DNA from: an uncultured Bacilli bacterium
GTDB taxonomy: Bacteria > Bacillota_I > Bacilli_A > RF39 > UBA660
Reading direction: 5' to 3'
NCBI GenBank assembly: GCA_934101175.1
Contig: CAKOQC010000006.1
Location: forward strand, 7,292-71,291
Length of the DNA stretch: 64,000 bases
The notes under the pieces are model-generated. The model was not told the DNA's origin. It saw nothing but the letters and a program-made list of their open reading frames with translations, and did no database searches. Position 1 is the first letter of the stretch; the number at the start of each line of letters is the position of its first letter. The position numbers and the translations under genes were made by a program. Positions 37,598 to 48,112 of this stretch are shown in pieces.

Positions 37598-38113
37598 TTA
37601 GAATATTTTATTAATTAACTCCTTAAAATATGATTTATAAGTATGATGTTCTTCCCTATCTACAAGACAAAAATTAGGAAATAGAACACACCAGAAATTA
37701 TCACCCTTAGCATCTCCAATAGAAATTACTAAAGATTCATAATATCCTTCTTGATAAGTTATTCCTTGATATGTTTTTTCCGGAAAATAATTATTACCAT
37801 AATTTATTTTATATGGTAGTAAGTAATTGTTATCGTTAAAAATATTACCTACATTATTATCAATATTTTCTAAATTATCATTTATAATAGCTCTAGCTTC
37901 TTCAATAGAAGTAGTATCCTTAGTTAAAGAATAAACATTTTTTTCTAAATATGATTTTACTTTTTCTTTAATAGAAATATCTTCTGGATTGTTACTATTG
38001 GGTATTACACGAAGTCTAATGGAAGTATCAGGAATGATTATTTCTTGATTATTAAGTTTATACATAGAAATAATTATTAATGCGAAGAGAATTAAAAATA
38101 TTTTTCTTTTCAT
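37598..38113 (-). CDS. spoIIR: Stage II sporulation protein R
   Basis: It has a signal peptide. 'IRLRVIPNSNNPEDISIKEKVKSYLEKNV' matches the SpoIIR 'RLHVIANSDS..DQ.LK..VRD' block. 'FWCVLFP' is the conserved C-terminal motif. Confidence 0.7.
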   Translation of the reverse strand: MKRKIFLILFALIIISMYKLNNQEIIIPDTSIRLRVIPNSNNPEDISIKEKVKSYLEKNVYSLTKDTTSIEEARAIINDNLENIDNNVGNIFNDNNYLLPYKINYGNNYFPEKTYQGITYQEGYYESLVISIGDAKGDNFWCVLFPNFCLVDREEHHTYKSYFKELINKIF

Positions 38114-38175
38114 TTTATCACCTAGTTATATATTGTAGGTAATTTAAATTATTGAAACAAAAAAATAAGAAAATA

Positions 38176-39129
38176 TTATTTTTTTAATAGTTTTCTTATT
38201 TTAGATATACAATATTCTCCATAATTATCTGTATCATAAGTATCATTTAGTTCTTGAGTAAATTCTTTTAATCTAGAAATTTGGTCTGTATCTAGATATG
38301 TCATTATTTCTTCAAAGCATGTTAAATCAAATAAAGTTTCACAGATGACTTCTGGACTATTATTTCCTTTTTCTTTATCAAATAATTGGCGAATGATTTC
38401 AATAGCTTTATTATAATATATTGGGCTATAGTCTTCAGTAGTAGTAATATCGATTAAGAAGGGATTAAATTTAGCTTGGACTGCTAATAATTCTAAGATA
38501 ATATTACTAGTAAGAAAATCATAGCGAAAATAATTTTTATATTCTTTTAATAGTCTTTTTTTATACTTTTTTTCATATGTGGTTGTAGCTTTAGTGTCTT
38601 TAATTATTTGAAGTATTTTTCTAGTAGCACTTAAAAAGATAATACTTAAGGCTTCATCATAATAATCATCTAACTCGTCGGGATAATCTGTTAAATATTT
38701 TTCTTCAAGAGGATAATCTTCTAGGGTATCTAGGTCTTCTGAATATCCATCATAGTATTCATCTTCAAGATTTTCTTCAGGAAATTCATCATTTGCTTGC
38801 TCTTTTTCTTCTTGCATCAATTTTCTTTTAAAAATGCTTTTCTTATCATGAATATATGCTACAACATTGATGGCAACACAATATTTATAATCATCAGAAT
38901 ATTTTTCTTTTAACTTGTTTAAGTAGTTAGCCATAAGAGATAAATCTTCTAGGCTTATTCTGCCACAGAATGAGATAGTTTTTTGTAAATTATTATATAA
39001 CTGGGTTAACTTGTTTAAATATTCTTGACTACTCTCTTTATTTCTTGATGATAATTCCATTAAAGCACCATATTCATAATCTATTTCGATGCATATTTCT
39101 AATAATTCTTCACAATATTTTTTATACAT
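38176..39129 (-). CDS. Hypothetical acidic cytoplasmic protein
   Basis: It is 317 aa and D/E/Y-rich, with no recognized motif. It lies between prmC and spoIIR. Confidence 0.3.
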   Translation of the reverse strand: MYKKYCEELLEICIEIDYEYGALMELSSRNKESSQEYLNKLTQLYNNLQKTISFCGRISLEDLSLMANYLNKLKEKYSDDYKYCVAINVVAYIHDKKSIFKRKLMQEEKEQANDEFPEENLEDEYYDGYSEDLDTLEDYPLEEKYLTDYPDELDDYYDEALSIIFLSATRKILQIIKDTKATTTYEKKYKKRLLKEYKNYFRYDFLTSNIILELLAVQAKFNPFLIDITTTEDYSPIYYNKAIEIIRQLFDKEKGNNSPEVICETLFDLTCFEEIMTYLDTDQISRLKEFTQELNDTYDTDNYGEYCISKIRKLLKK

Positions 39130-39354
39130 ATTAATCCCCCTAATTAAAATTTAGCACAATTGCTTATAAAAAGCAAGATTTATGATATTCTTGATATAGA
39201 TTTAGAGGTGGTAATTAATAAATACTTACTCTCAATTTATTATATGCATAATAAAAACCTCATTTCATATTTCGATGTATACTCTAACTGGGTATTTCAT
39301 TTTGAAAATGAGGTTTATATAAGACTTTAATTAATACTATTAAAGGTAAGTATT

Positions 39355-40083
39355 TTAATTTTTATTAGTTATAAAGATAAATCTTTCTTTGCCCTGATAA
39401 TCTTTTTCAACATAAATGTTGATATTATTTAACTTAGAGTTAGCATAATCAACAATATCTGTTGACTGAGTATATCCTATTTCTAGAGCAACTAGAAAGT
39501 TTTTCTTAGTAAGATATTTTAGATTATCAATAATTTTCTTATAGAAATAAAGGCCTGAATCAGGAGCATATAAAGCTAGATGAGGTTCATTATTTTTAAC
39601 TAAATCCATGATAGGTTCTTCATATGAGATATATGGGGGGTTAGAAATAATTACATCATATAATTTATCAGTATATGTAGTCATGTCAGATTCAATAAAG
39701 TTAATCTTAGTATTATTATCAAGAGCATTCTTTTTAGCTAAAGACAAGGCTTCTTTTGATATGTCTAGAGCATCAACATGAGATGTAGGAATATTTTTCT
39801 TGATAGTAATGGCAATACATCCTGAACCTGTTCCTAAGTCAATGATGTCTAAATCTTGACTTGGAAAGTGTTTTTTTATTTTATTTAGAGTTTTATCTAC
39901 TAGTAATTCTGTTTCAAAACGAGGAATTAGGACGGAGTCATTGACAGATATAGTGTTTCCATAGAAATCAACGTTACCTACAATGTACTGAACGGGAATT
40001 CCTTCTTCTAATTTTTTTACTCCTTCTTGATATAAATCACTAGGAAGATATTTCTTTAGATATGCTAAATCTTTTTCATTCAT
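39355..40083 (-). CDS. prmC: Release factor glutamine N5-methyltransferase PrmC/HemK
   Basis: It has the SAM motif 'IIDLGTGSGCIAI' and the catalytic 'ISNPPYI' (NPPY). It is immediately downstream of prfA. Confidence 0.85.
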   Translation of the reverse strand: MNEKDLAYLKKYLPSDLYQEGVKKLEEGIPVQYIVGNVDFYGNTISVNDSVLIPRFETELLVDKTLNKIKKHFPSQDLDIIDLGTGSGCIAITIKKNIPTSHVDALDISKEALSLAKKNALDNNTKINFIESDMTTYTDKLYDVIISNPPYISYEEPIMDLVKNNEPHLALYAPDSGLYFYKKIIDNLKYLTKKNFLVALEIGYTQSTDIVDYANSKLNNINIYVEKDYQGKERFIFITNKN

Positions 40084-41144
40084 TAGATTTCTTTATTTTC
40101 CAATTCTAGACGTTGGTTTTCGTTAATAAGTGCTTCAATTATAACTCCTAGGTCGCCATTCATAATACGGTCTAGGTTCATTGAAGTAAAGCCAATACGG
40201 TGGTCTGTTACTCTGTTTTGAGGATAATTGTAAGTTCTTATTTTTTCAGAACGGTCACCAGTTCCTATTTTATTTTTACGTTCAGCAGCATTAGCAGCTT
40301 CTTGTTCTCTTAGTTTTAAATCATATAGTCTTGTTTTTAATATTTTGAAAGCTTTTTCTTTGTTTTTGATTTGGCTACGTTCTGTTTGAGAATATACGAT
40401 GATACCAGTAGGAATATGGGTAAGTCTTACGGCGGAATCGGTAGTGTTTACTCCTTGTCCACCACAACCACTACTTCTTGTGATATCAATTCTAACTTCT
40501 GATTCATCTAGTTCATAGTCAAACTCTTCGGCTTCTGGCATAACTAAAACAGTCGCAGTTGAAGTATGAACACGTCCTCCTGATTCTGTTTCAGGAACTC
40601 TTTGAACACGATGAGCACCAGACTCATATTTTAATTTTGAATAAGCACCCTCACCTTTTATCATGAATTCTATTTGTGAATAGCCTCCGGCTGCTCCAGG
40701 TTCTTCATTTAATACTTCTATTTTCCAGCCAAAATTATTAATATAATGAGTGTACATATCAAATAAATCACCGGCAAAAATGTTAGCTTCATCGCCCCCG
40801 GCTGCTCCACGAATTTCAACGATAACATTTTTTTCATCATTAGGATCATGTGGTAATAATAATACTTCTAGTTCTTTTTCAATACTTTCTTTTTCTTTAG
40901 TAAGAGATGCGATTTCTTCCTTGGCAAATTCTTGCATAGAAGAGTCTTCTAACATTTCTTTAGCAGTTTCAATATCAGATAATACTTGTTTATATTTGTC
41001 ATATATTTCAACTGTTTTAGATAATCTGCGTTGTTCTTTTGATAACTCTGTCATTTTCTTTATATCTTTAATTACTTCCTCAGTAGATAATTCTTTTGAT
41101 ATTTCGTTGTATCTATTTTTAATTGCTTCTAATCGATTTATCAT
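40083..41144 (-). CDS. prfA: Peptide chain release factor 1
   Basis: It has the 'SSGCGGQGVNTTDSAVRLTHIP' GGQ motif and 'RVQRVPETE', the RF1-type PxT tripeptide. The start is trimmed to the Met of 'MINRLEAIKNRY'. Confidence 0.85.
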   Translation of the reverse strand: MINRLEAIKNRYNEISKELSTEEVIKDIKKMTELSKEQRRLSKTVEIYDKYKQVLSDIETAKEMLEDSSMQEFAKEEIASLTKEKESIEKELEVLLLPHDPNDEKNVIVEIRGAAGGDEANIFAGDLFDMYTHYINNFGWKIEVLNEEPGAAGGYSQIEFMIKGEGAYSKLKYESGAHRVQRVPETESGGRVHTSTATVLVMPEAEEFDYELDESEVRIDITRSSGCGGQGVNTTDSAVRLTHIPTGIIVYSQTERSQIKNKEKAFKILKTRLYDLKLREQEAANAAERKNKIGTGDRSEKIRTYNYPQNRVTDHRIGFTSMNLDRIMNGDLGVIIEALINENQRLELENKEI

Positions 41145-41272
41145 ATAAATCAGTCCTCTCTTGCGGTATAAGTATATCATAAATTGAAAAATACTTCAAT
41201 TTATATTGTTATTTTTTAGTAATTTAAATTATAAATTGAAAACTTGACAGATGTTTGCTATAATTATGTTAG

Positions 41273-42478
41273 GTGGTTATGATGAAGGAAAGAATTATTT
41301 TTCATATAGATTGTAATAATGCTTTTTTATCATGGACGGCGGTTCATATGTTACATAGCGGAAGTAAGATAGATATAAGAAATAGATATGCTGTTATTGG
41401 AGGAAAAGAATCTGAAAGAAAGGGAATTGTTTTAGCTAAGAGCAATCTATGTAAAAAATGTGGTGTTGTTACAGGGGAAACTTTATATGCAGCAAGAAGA
41501 AAATGTCCATATTTAGAAGTATATCAACCAGAATTTAAAATATATAGAAAATATTCTGATATTATGTATACTTATTTATGTAATTATTCTAAAAAGATAG
41601 AAAGATATTCAATAGATGAGTGTTTTATTGATTTTAGTGATAATTTAGAAATTAAAAAAGATCCTGTTAGATGGGCTTATAAAATAAAGAATGAAATAAG
41701 AGATAATTTTGGATTTACAGTTAATGTTGGTGTTGGTAATAATAAATTATTAGCTAAAATGGCTAGTGATTTTTCTAAACCAGATAAAGTTCATACCTTG
41801 TTTAGTAATGAGATTAAAGATAAAATGTGGGGATTACCAATAGAAGATTTATTTATGATAGGAAGAGCTAGCAGTAAGAAACTAAGAGAACTTGGAATCA
41901 ATACCATTAACGATTTAGCACATACTGATAGGGAATGCTTGACAAAATATTTTAAAAGCATGGGCAAAATGATGTGGGAATACGCTAATGGAATAGATGA
42001 ATCCTTAGTAGAAAGTGATTATGGAAATCCTAAGAGCATAAGTAACTCTTGTGTACTTCCATATAACTATTCTAATATAGATGATATATATCAAGAAATT
42101 AAAAGATTATCAGAAATGACTGGAAAGAAATTAAGAGAGAAAAAAATGTATTCTCCTAATGTGATGGTATGGGTTAAATTTGATGACTTTACTAAAATTA
42201 GTAAACAATTAACATTAGATAACCTAATTAATAGTGATAAAGATATATATGAATACGCTATTAAATTATTTAATAAAATATGGAATACTGATAGTGATAG
42301 AAAAGTAAGATCACTATGTGTAGGAGTATCTAACCTAACAGATAAATATATGGTACAACTATCAATGTTTGAAAATAATAATATTAAAGATAATGAAGAA
42401 GATAAACTTAAAAAGACACTAAACAATATAAAAGAAAAATATGGAGATAAATCAATTACTTATGCAGATAGATTATAA
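41273..42478 (+). CDS. Y-family DNA polymerase (DinB/UmuC-like)
   Basis: 'IIFHIDCNNAFLSW' carries the catalytic Asp of the IMS domain and 'SIDECFIDFS' the DE motif. A little-finger domain follows. Confidence 0.8.
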   Translation: MVMMKERIIFHIDCNNAFLSWTAVHMLHSGSKIDIRNRYAVIGGKESERKGIVLAKSNLCKKCGVVTGETLYAARRKCPYLEVYQPEFKIYRKYSDIMYTYLCNYSKKIERYSIDECFIDFSDNLEIKKDPVRWAYKIKNEIRDNFGFTVNVGVGNNKLLAKMASDFSKPDKVHTLFSNEIKDKMWGLPIEDLFMIGRASSKKLRELGINTINDLAHTDRECLTKYFKSMGKMMWEYANGIDESLVESDYGNPKSISNSCVLPYNYSNIDDIYQEIKRLSEMTGKKLREKKMYSPNVMVWVKFDDFTKISKQLTLDNLINSDKDIYEYAIKLFNKIWNTDSDRKVRSLCVGVSNLTDKYMVQLSMFENNNIKDNEEDKLKKTLNNIKEKYGDKSITYADRL

Positions 42479-42547
42479 AAGATAAAGACATTTAAAGAAA
42501 ATTTGTGATATAATTAATAAGCATGAATAGAAAGAAGGATTATAAAT

Positions 42548-44701
42548 ATGAATGAATTTATTATAAAGGAAATTGCTAATGAACTTAATGTTAAGATAAA
42601 CCAAGTAGAAACAGTACTTAAACTATTAGAAGACGGAAATACTATTCCTTTTATAGCTAGATATAGAAAAGAAGCTACAGGGGCACTTACAGAAGAACAA
42701 ATTAGAAGTATTGATGAAGTATATCAATATCAAGTTAACTTAGCTAAAAGAAAAGATGATGTTATTAGATTAATAGATGAAAAAGGTTTACTTACTGATG
42801 AACTTAAAAATAGCATTATGAACTGTACTAAACTAGTAGAAGTAGAAGACTTATATAGACCATTTAAAGAAAAGAAAAAAACTAAAGCTACTGAAGCTAT
42901 TAAAAATGGATTAGAACCATTAGCCAAAGAAATAATGACATTTCCTATGAAAGGAAATATCAATGATATGGCTAAAAAATACCTTAATGATAATGTTCCT
43001 GATATAGATAAAGCAATAGAAGGAGCTAAATATATCATTGCAGAAAATATTAGTGATGATGCTAAAATTAGAAAAAGTATTAGAGATAATACATATAACT
43101 TTGGAATAATTAAAAGTAAAATAAAGAAAAATGCTAAAGATGATAATAAAGTATATGATATGTATTATGATTATGAAGAAAGAATTAAATATATTAAGCC
43201 TCATAGAATACTAGCATTAAATAGAGGAGAAAATGAAGATATACTTAGTGTTAGTATAGATAATGATAAAGATAGAACTATTGAATACATTAATAAAAAA
43301 GTTATTAAGAATGATAAATCTTTTGTAGTAGATATAGTTAAAGATGCTATTATAGATTCATATAAAAGATTAATAGAACCTTCTATTGAAAGAGAAATTA
43401 GAAGTGACTTAACTTCAATTGGAGAAGAAGCTGCTATTAATAATTTTGGTAAAAACCTAGAGGCATTACTTCTTACACCTCCTATGAAAGATAGAATTGT
43501 ATTAGCTTTTGATCCAGGATATGTTAATGGATGTAAGATTGCAGTTATTGATCCTACTGGTAAGTATTTAGATTCTACTGTAGTTAAACCATTCTTAAAA
43601 GGAAGTAATGCAGATAAATTAATGGAACAATCTGTGGCAGTAGTTCTTAACTTAATTAATAAGTATAAAGTAGATGTTATTGCTATTGGAAATGGTACTG
43701 CTTCAAGAGAAAGTGAAAAAATGATTGCTGATATGATTAAGAAATATAATCTTAATTGTAAATATGTAATTGTATCTGAAGCTGGAGCTTCTATTTATAG
43801 TGCATCTCCTATTGCTATTGAAGAATTTCCTGATTTAGCAGTAGAAAAAAGAAGTGCTGTAAGTATTGGCAGAAGATTACAGGATCCATTAGCAGAACTA
43901 GTAAAAATACCTCCAGAAGGTATTGGTGTTGGTTTATATCAACATGATGTATCTAGTAAAAAATTAAAAGATAATCTTGACTTCGTTGTTAGTAAAGCAG
44001 TTAATAGTGTTGGTGTTAATGTTAATACAGCCTCTCCTTCTTTACTAAAATACGTATCTGGTATTACTAAAAGAGTTAGTGATAAATTAATTAGTTATAG
44101 AGAAAAAGTTGGCAGAATTAATTCAAGAAAAGAAATACAGGATATCTTAACAGATAAAGCATATGAACAAGCAATTGGTTTCTTGAGAATTACTGATGGG
44201 GATAATATTTTAGATTCTACAGGAATTCATCCTGAAAGTTATAATGTTGCTATTAATTTACTTAATAATATAGGAATGACTTTAAATGATGTTGGTAGTG
44301 ATAAATTAATTACTAAATTAAATGAAATTGATACTGATAAGTATAAGAATTTATTAAATACCGATATTTATACTCTAGAAGATGTTATTGATTGTTTAAA
44401 GAAGCCTAATAGAGATCCAAGAGATGAGATGCCTCAACCAATACTAAAAAGTGATGTACTTGAATTAAAAGACTTAACAGTTGGTATGAAACTTCAAGGA
44501 ACTGTTAGAAATGTAGTTGACTTTGGAGCATTTGTAGATATTGGACTGCATGAAGATGGATTAGTTCATATATCTAAAATTACAGATAAATATATAAAAC
44601 ATCCAAGTGAAGTTCTTAGTGTTGGGGATATAATTGATTGTTATGTTGAAGAAATTAAACTAGATAAGAATAAAGTTAGCTTAACTATGATTAAACCTTA
44701 A
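42548..44701 (+). CDS. tex: Transcription accessory protein Tex (S1 RNA-binding)
   Basis: The N-terminus reads '...VLKLLEDGNTIPFIARYRKEATG', a Tex hallmark. YqgF and HhH regions are present. The C-terminus is an S1 domain ('VGMKLQGTVRNVVDFGAFVDIG...DGLVHIS'). Confidence 0.85.
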   Translation: MNEFIIKEIANELNVKINQVETVLKLLEDGNTIPFIARYRKEATGALTEEQIRSIDEVYQYQVNLAKRKDDVIRLIDEKGLLTDELKNSIMNCTKLVEVEDLYRPFKEKKKTKATEAIKNGLEPLAKEIMTFPMKGNINDMAKKYLNDNVPDIDKAIEGAKYIIAENISDDAKIRKSIRDNTYNFGIIKSKIKKNAKDDNKVYDMYYDYEERIKYIKPHRILALNRGENEDILSVSIDNDKDRTIEYINKKVIKNDKSFVVDIVKDAIIDSYKRLIEPSIEREIRSDLTSIGEEAAINNFGKNLEALLLTPPMKDRIVLAFDPGYVNGCKIAVIDPTGKYLDSTVVKPFLKGSNADKLMEQSVAVVLNLINKYKVDVIAIGNGTASRESEKMIADMIKKYNLNCKYVIVSEAGASIYSASPIAIEEFPDLAVEKRSAVSIGRRLQDPLAELVKIPPEGIGVGLYQHDVSSKKLKDNLDFVVSKAVNSVGVNVNTASPSLLKYVSGITKRVSDKLISYREKVGRINSRKEIQDILTDKAYEQAIGFLRITDGDNILDSTGIHPESYNVAINLLNNIGMTLNDVGSDKLITKLNEIDTDKYKNLLNTDIYTLEDVIDCLKKPNRDPRDEMPQPILKSDVLELKDLTVGMKLQGTVRNVVDFGAFVDIGLHEDGLVHISKITDKYIKHPSEVLSVGDIIDCYVEEIKLDKNKVSLTMIKP

Positions 44702-44706
44702 TTAAA

Positions 44707-44749
44707 ATACTCAGATAGATAATTTTCTATTTGAGTATTTTTTGTTTTT
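44707..44749 (+). terminator. Rho-independent terminator after tex
   Basis: The hairpin is 'atactcagatag...ctatttgagtat', followed by a T-run. Confidence 0.5.
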
Positions 44750-44791
44750 ATTGATTTTTGTTCAAATTTATATTTTTTTTATTAAAATGTG

Positions 44792-44820
44792 TTGACAAAA
44801 GGCTTAAGTTCTACTATAAT
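44792..44820 (+). promoter_or_regulatory. Consensus sigma-A promoter for tRNA-Gly
   Basis: TTGACA at 44792-44797 is followed by a 17-nt spacer and TATAAT at 44815-44820. The tRNA starts ~20 nt downstream. Confidence 0.65.
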
Positions 44821-44840
44821 TTATATTGCCTACTTGATTT

Positions 44841-44914
44841 GCGGATGTAGTTTAATGGTAGAACTTCAGCCTTCCAAGCTGACCACGGGAGTTCGATTCT
44901 CCTCATCCGCTCCA
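44841..44914 (+). tRNA. tRNA-Gly (anticodon TCC)
   Basis: The sequence is 'GCGGATGTAGTTTAATGGTAGAACTTCAGCCTTCCAAGCTGACCACGGGAGTTCGATTCTCCTCATCCGCTCCA'. The anticodon loop is 'CTTCCAA'. It is 74 nt with an encoded CCA. Confidence 0.85.
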
Positions 44915-44951
44915 AAAGATAAAATCGTCGCACCAAGCGATGTTAATGATT

Positions 44952-44977
44952 AAATCAACGCAAGTTGATTTTTTTGT
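44952..44977 (+). terminator. Terminator after tRNA-Gly
   Basis: The hairpin is 'aatcaac-gcaa-gttgatt', followed by 'ttttttt'. Confidence 0.5.
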
Positions 44978-45007
44978 TGCTATTGCAAAGAAAGGGTGTG
45001 ATGTGGT

Positions 45008-45280
45008 ATGATTAATATCGTAAAAAAGAAAATCAATATGAGTGATGAACTCAAAGCCAAAATTAATTGGTCTTGCAAATTTAATAAGAAATCCTATCAA
45101 ATAATTGAAGGATACTTAAGAATTGTGGAACATACTAATTTAGCGTATGTAGAGCCACATAAAGTAATTATTGGAGATAAGTTATACCTATTCTTCAATG
45201 AACAGAAACATTTTTACATAGGGAATTTAAAGAATAAAATCCCATTGTCTGAATTATCAGAGTACATAGCAAGGCATTAA
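45008..45280 (+). CDS. Hypothetical small protein (90 aa) between tRNA-Gly and the recombinase stub
   Basis: The ORF has no recognized motif. It may belong to the outer element. Confidence 0.25.
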   Translation: MINIVKKKINMSDELKAKINWSCKFNKKSYQIIEGYLRIVEHTNLAYVEPHKVIIGDKLYLFFNEQKHFYIGNLKNKIPLSELSEYIARH

Positions 45281-45421
45281 TGAATTGGTGAGTTTATATA
45301 CTCCCACAATATTGGTTGTTTTTGTCGTATAAATAACTAATATATTTCAAAGGTGTCCTTGTTATGTGACACCTTTTTACTTTGGTGCCTTTCATTACTA
45401 AAAGAAAGGAGAATGATAATT

Positions 45422-45505
45422 ATGGATAATGAAAGGAAAATTGCAGGAGTTTATATTCGTGTTAGTACTCATACTCTTAAAAGTGAGAAAAAATTTAAAA
45501 AATAG
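45422..45505 (+). pseudogene. 5' stub (first 16 codons plus RBS) of a large serine recombinase gene whose remainder lies at 54419..56191; interrupted by an inserted element
   Basis: RBS 'aaggag' is 11 nt before the ATG. It translates as 'MDNERKIAGVYIRVST|HTLKSEKKFKK*'. 'YIRVST' is the catalytic-serine motif of serine recombinases. The frame degenerates after codon 16 at the junction. Confidence 0.7.
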
Positions 45506-47099
45506 ATTTGAAATTATATTTAATTTCAATATTTTTATCATTATCAATAGTAATTCTATCAATTATTGTTGATAATAATTCTCTACTTGGAGTTTTTAGT
45601 TTTAAAAGCTCATTTATTATATTTATGTATTGTGAATTATCTTTTGAATTTAATTTATTTTCTAATTGATATAATTTAAGTTCTAAATCGTGTTTATCAT
45701 TTTTTAATTTAGTCTTTTCTTGAGTAAGATTATTATATTGTCTTAAAAACATTTCTTCGTCAATAATACCTTTTAACTTGTCTTTGTAAATCTTATCAAT
45801 GTAAGTGTCTTGTAATTTTATATTATTTTCAAGTCTACTGATTTGATTTTCAAAATCTACTTTTAATTTTAAAGTCTTATCATTTTGTTTAAGTAATTCT
45901 TCAAAATTATTAGTTTTAACATATTTCTTACATTGTTTTCTAACATCTTTTAATATTTCATTTTCAAGTTCATAGTAATTAACTTTATGATTAGTGCATA
46001 AACCTCTTTTTGAATATTTTTTATAAAGAGAACAAATACAATATTCTTTTTCAACATATTCGCCGTTGGCTTTGGTGTATCTACTTCTATCAATACCCAT
46101 TTTATGACCACACTCTTTGCAGTAGAAAAAGCCTCTAAATAAATATGGAATTTCTTTGCCATAATTATTTTTGTTTTTATCAGCCATATTTTGGACGATA
46201 TCAAAAGTTTCTTTATCAATGATAGCAGGACAAGCACCCTCTACGACTATCCAGTCCTCTTTTGCATTTCTTCTACGATATTTCATTTTATAACTAACTT
46301 TATATTGTTTGCCTTGTGCTAAATTACCAATGTAAGTTGGGTTTTGTAAAATATCTCTAATAGTAGAACTTTGCCATAAACCATAAGTCATAGTTGGATT
46401 TTTATAGACTTTTCCTTTATAAACACTTGGACTTGGTATGTTTTCGTCAGTTAAAGTATCACTAATTGCTTTAATTCCCATACCACTTTTAGCCATATTA
46501 AATATTCTTCTAACAATAGGTGCTACCTCTTCGTCTATAATAAGTTCGTGTTTGTCGTATGGAATATTTTTCTTATAGCCATAAGGAACTGTTCCACCCA
46601 TAAATTTACCTAACTTTTTTTGTGAATTAAGAGTTGCTTTTACTTTTTTTGATGTGTCTTCAACATACATTTCATTAAGCATTGCTTTTAACATCAATTT
46701 ATTATTATCTTTATGTTTGTCAAAACTATCATAGTCATCACTTATTGCATAATATCTAACATTTTTTTTAGGAAAATATTCAGTAGCAAAAATCATACTT
46801 TGTGCCATATTACGACCTAAACGGCTTAAATCTTTAGTAATTACCATATTAATTTTTTTGTCGTCAATATCTTTTAACATACGATTAAAACTATCTCTAT
46901 CAAATTGAGTTCCACTAACTCCATCGTCAATGTAAGTTTCAACTACTTCTAAATCATTTTTGATAGCATATTCCATAATGTAATCTTTTTGATTAGAAAT
47001 GCTTTCACTCTCACTTTTTCCGTCCTCTAAATCTTTTAATGATAATCTTAAATATATACCAACTTTAAATGCTCCGTTCATAATTTTTTCTCCTTTCAT
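45495..47099 (-). CDS. Large serine recombinase (integrase) of the inner element
   Basis: 'VGIYLRLSLKDLEDG' holds the catalytic Ser of the resolvase domain and 'LSRLGRN' is present. A recombinase domain, a Cys4 zinc ribbon ('CKECGHKMG...CICSLYKKYSKRGLC') and a C-terminal coiled coil follow. Length is 534 aa. Confidence 0.85.
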   Translation of the reverse strand: MKGEKIMNGAFKVGIYLRLSLKDLEDGKSESESISNQKDYIMEYAIKNDLEVVETYIDDGVSGTQFDRDSFNRMLKDIDDKKINMVITKDLSRLGRNMAQSMIFATEYFPKKNVRYYAISDDYDSFDKHKDNNKLMLKAMLNEMYVEDTSKKVKATLNSQKKLGKFMGGTVPYGYKKNIPYDKHELIIDEEVAPIVRRIFNMAKSGMGIKAISDTLTDENIPSPSVYKGKVYKNPTMTYGLWQSSTIRDILQNPTYIGNLAQGKQYKVSYKMKYRRRNAKEDWIVVEGACPAIIDKETFDIVQNMADKNKNNYGKEIPYLFRGFFYCKECGHKMGIDRSRYTKANGEYVEKEYCICSLYKKYSKRGLCTNHKVNYYELENEILKDVRKQCKKYVKTNNFEELLKQNDKTLKLKVDFENQISRLENNIKLQDTYIDKIYKDKLKGIIDEEMFLRQYNNLTQEKTKLKNDKHDLELKLYQLENKLNSKDNSQYINIINELLKLKTPSRELLSTIIDRITIDNDKNIEIKYNFKSIF

Positions 47100-47480
47100 A
47101 TCTAACGGAACACATTTTTAATATACATACTTATTATACCACTTTTACCCTTATTTCTCAAGGTTTTCAGTGATTTTCTCGTTAAAATATGCGATTAAAA
47201 ATTGTTCCAAAATTTCTTGTAAAGTTTTACCATTTTCATTAAATGTACTTGTTATTTTCATAAGTTCACCTTTGACTTATGCCGACATAAGAATTTTATT
47301 AAATCCTTTCTCTTTCCTTAAGGCACTTACAATATAACATTTAAAAATAGACATAATCTCGTTCATAAAAATGCTGTAAATGTTCCAAAATCAAAACAAA
47401 AAAAGCCCATAAAATAAGGGCTGACTTAAAAAATGCTACCTATTTTTCGAGTAAAATAAGTAAAAAAAGATATAATTATT

Positions 47481-47530
47481 TATGATATTTTTTGATACTT
47501 TGTGATACTTTATGATACTTTATGATACTT
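47481..47530. repeat. Five tandem 10-bp direct repeats (consensus TnTGATACTT) with helical phasing
   Basis: The sequence is 'tatgatattt tttgatactt tgtgatactt tatgatactt tatgatactt'. It is followed by 'tccttatacgtgtatgtgtta', which resembles the attR-side sequence. Confidence 0.7.
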
Positions 47531-47819
47531 TCCTTATACGTGTATGTGTTATAATAATAATGAAAGGAAAAGTATATTTAAAGAAAAAAATATAAAAAAA
47601 CTATAACATTATATTTATTTGTTTAAGTCGAAAAATAGGTATTTAAAAAGCCTGAATGTCAATAAATATAAGGCTTTTATTATTTTTAAAATGGAACACT
47701 ATTTTAAAAAAAGTGCACCTTTTTTTGAAGATATTGTTTGTTATAATTAAAGCACAAAGGGAAAAGATAACGCGTTTGAAACTTTGTAAAAAGAATTAAA
47801 TGTTTAGAAATGAAAGGAA

Positions 47820-48110
47820 TTGATTAAAATGGAAAAACACACATTTGGTTATGAAAAAGATTATTTAAAGGGTTTTGATAGTAGTAAGTGCTTTGGCTAT
47901 CTTGAAGAAGCGGAAATGGACTATAAAGAATACATAGGAGCATTTATTGAAGACTACATTTATAACGAGAAAGACATTAAAAAAAATGATAATTTACTTG
48001 ATAAATTATATGAAAATGCTTTAATTAAGTTTAACTATTTAAGTGTAAGCGATAATGAAATTAAAGATTTTGTGGATAATGAATTAAAAAATATGAAAGG
48101 AAATGATTAA
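47820..48110 (+). CDS. Hypothetical protein (96 aa), gene 1 of a 4-gene cargo operon
   Basis: It is acidic with no recognized motif, and is tightly linked to the next gene (2-nt gap). Confidence 0.3.
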   Translation: MIKMEKHTFGYEKDYLKGFDSSKCFGYLEEAEMDYKEYIGAFIEDYIYNEKDIKKNDNLLDKLYENALIKFNYLSVSDNEIKDFVDNELKNMKGND

Positions 48111-48112
48111 AA

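Noticed and set aside
47481-47530. Possible CRISPR array
   Set aside because: The repeat units are only 10 bp and directly abutting, with no spacers and no cas genes in the window. They fit an iteron or binding-site array, not CRISPR. No CRISPR array is present anywhere in the window.
47724-47746. TTGAAG ... TATAAT upstream of the cargo operon as a promoter
   Set aside because: The spacer is only ~11 nt, which is incompatible with a sigma-A promoter.
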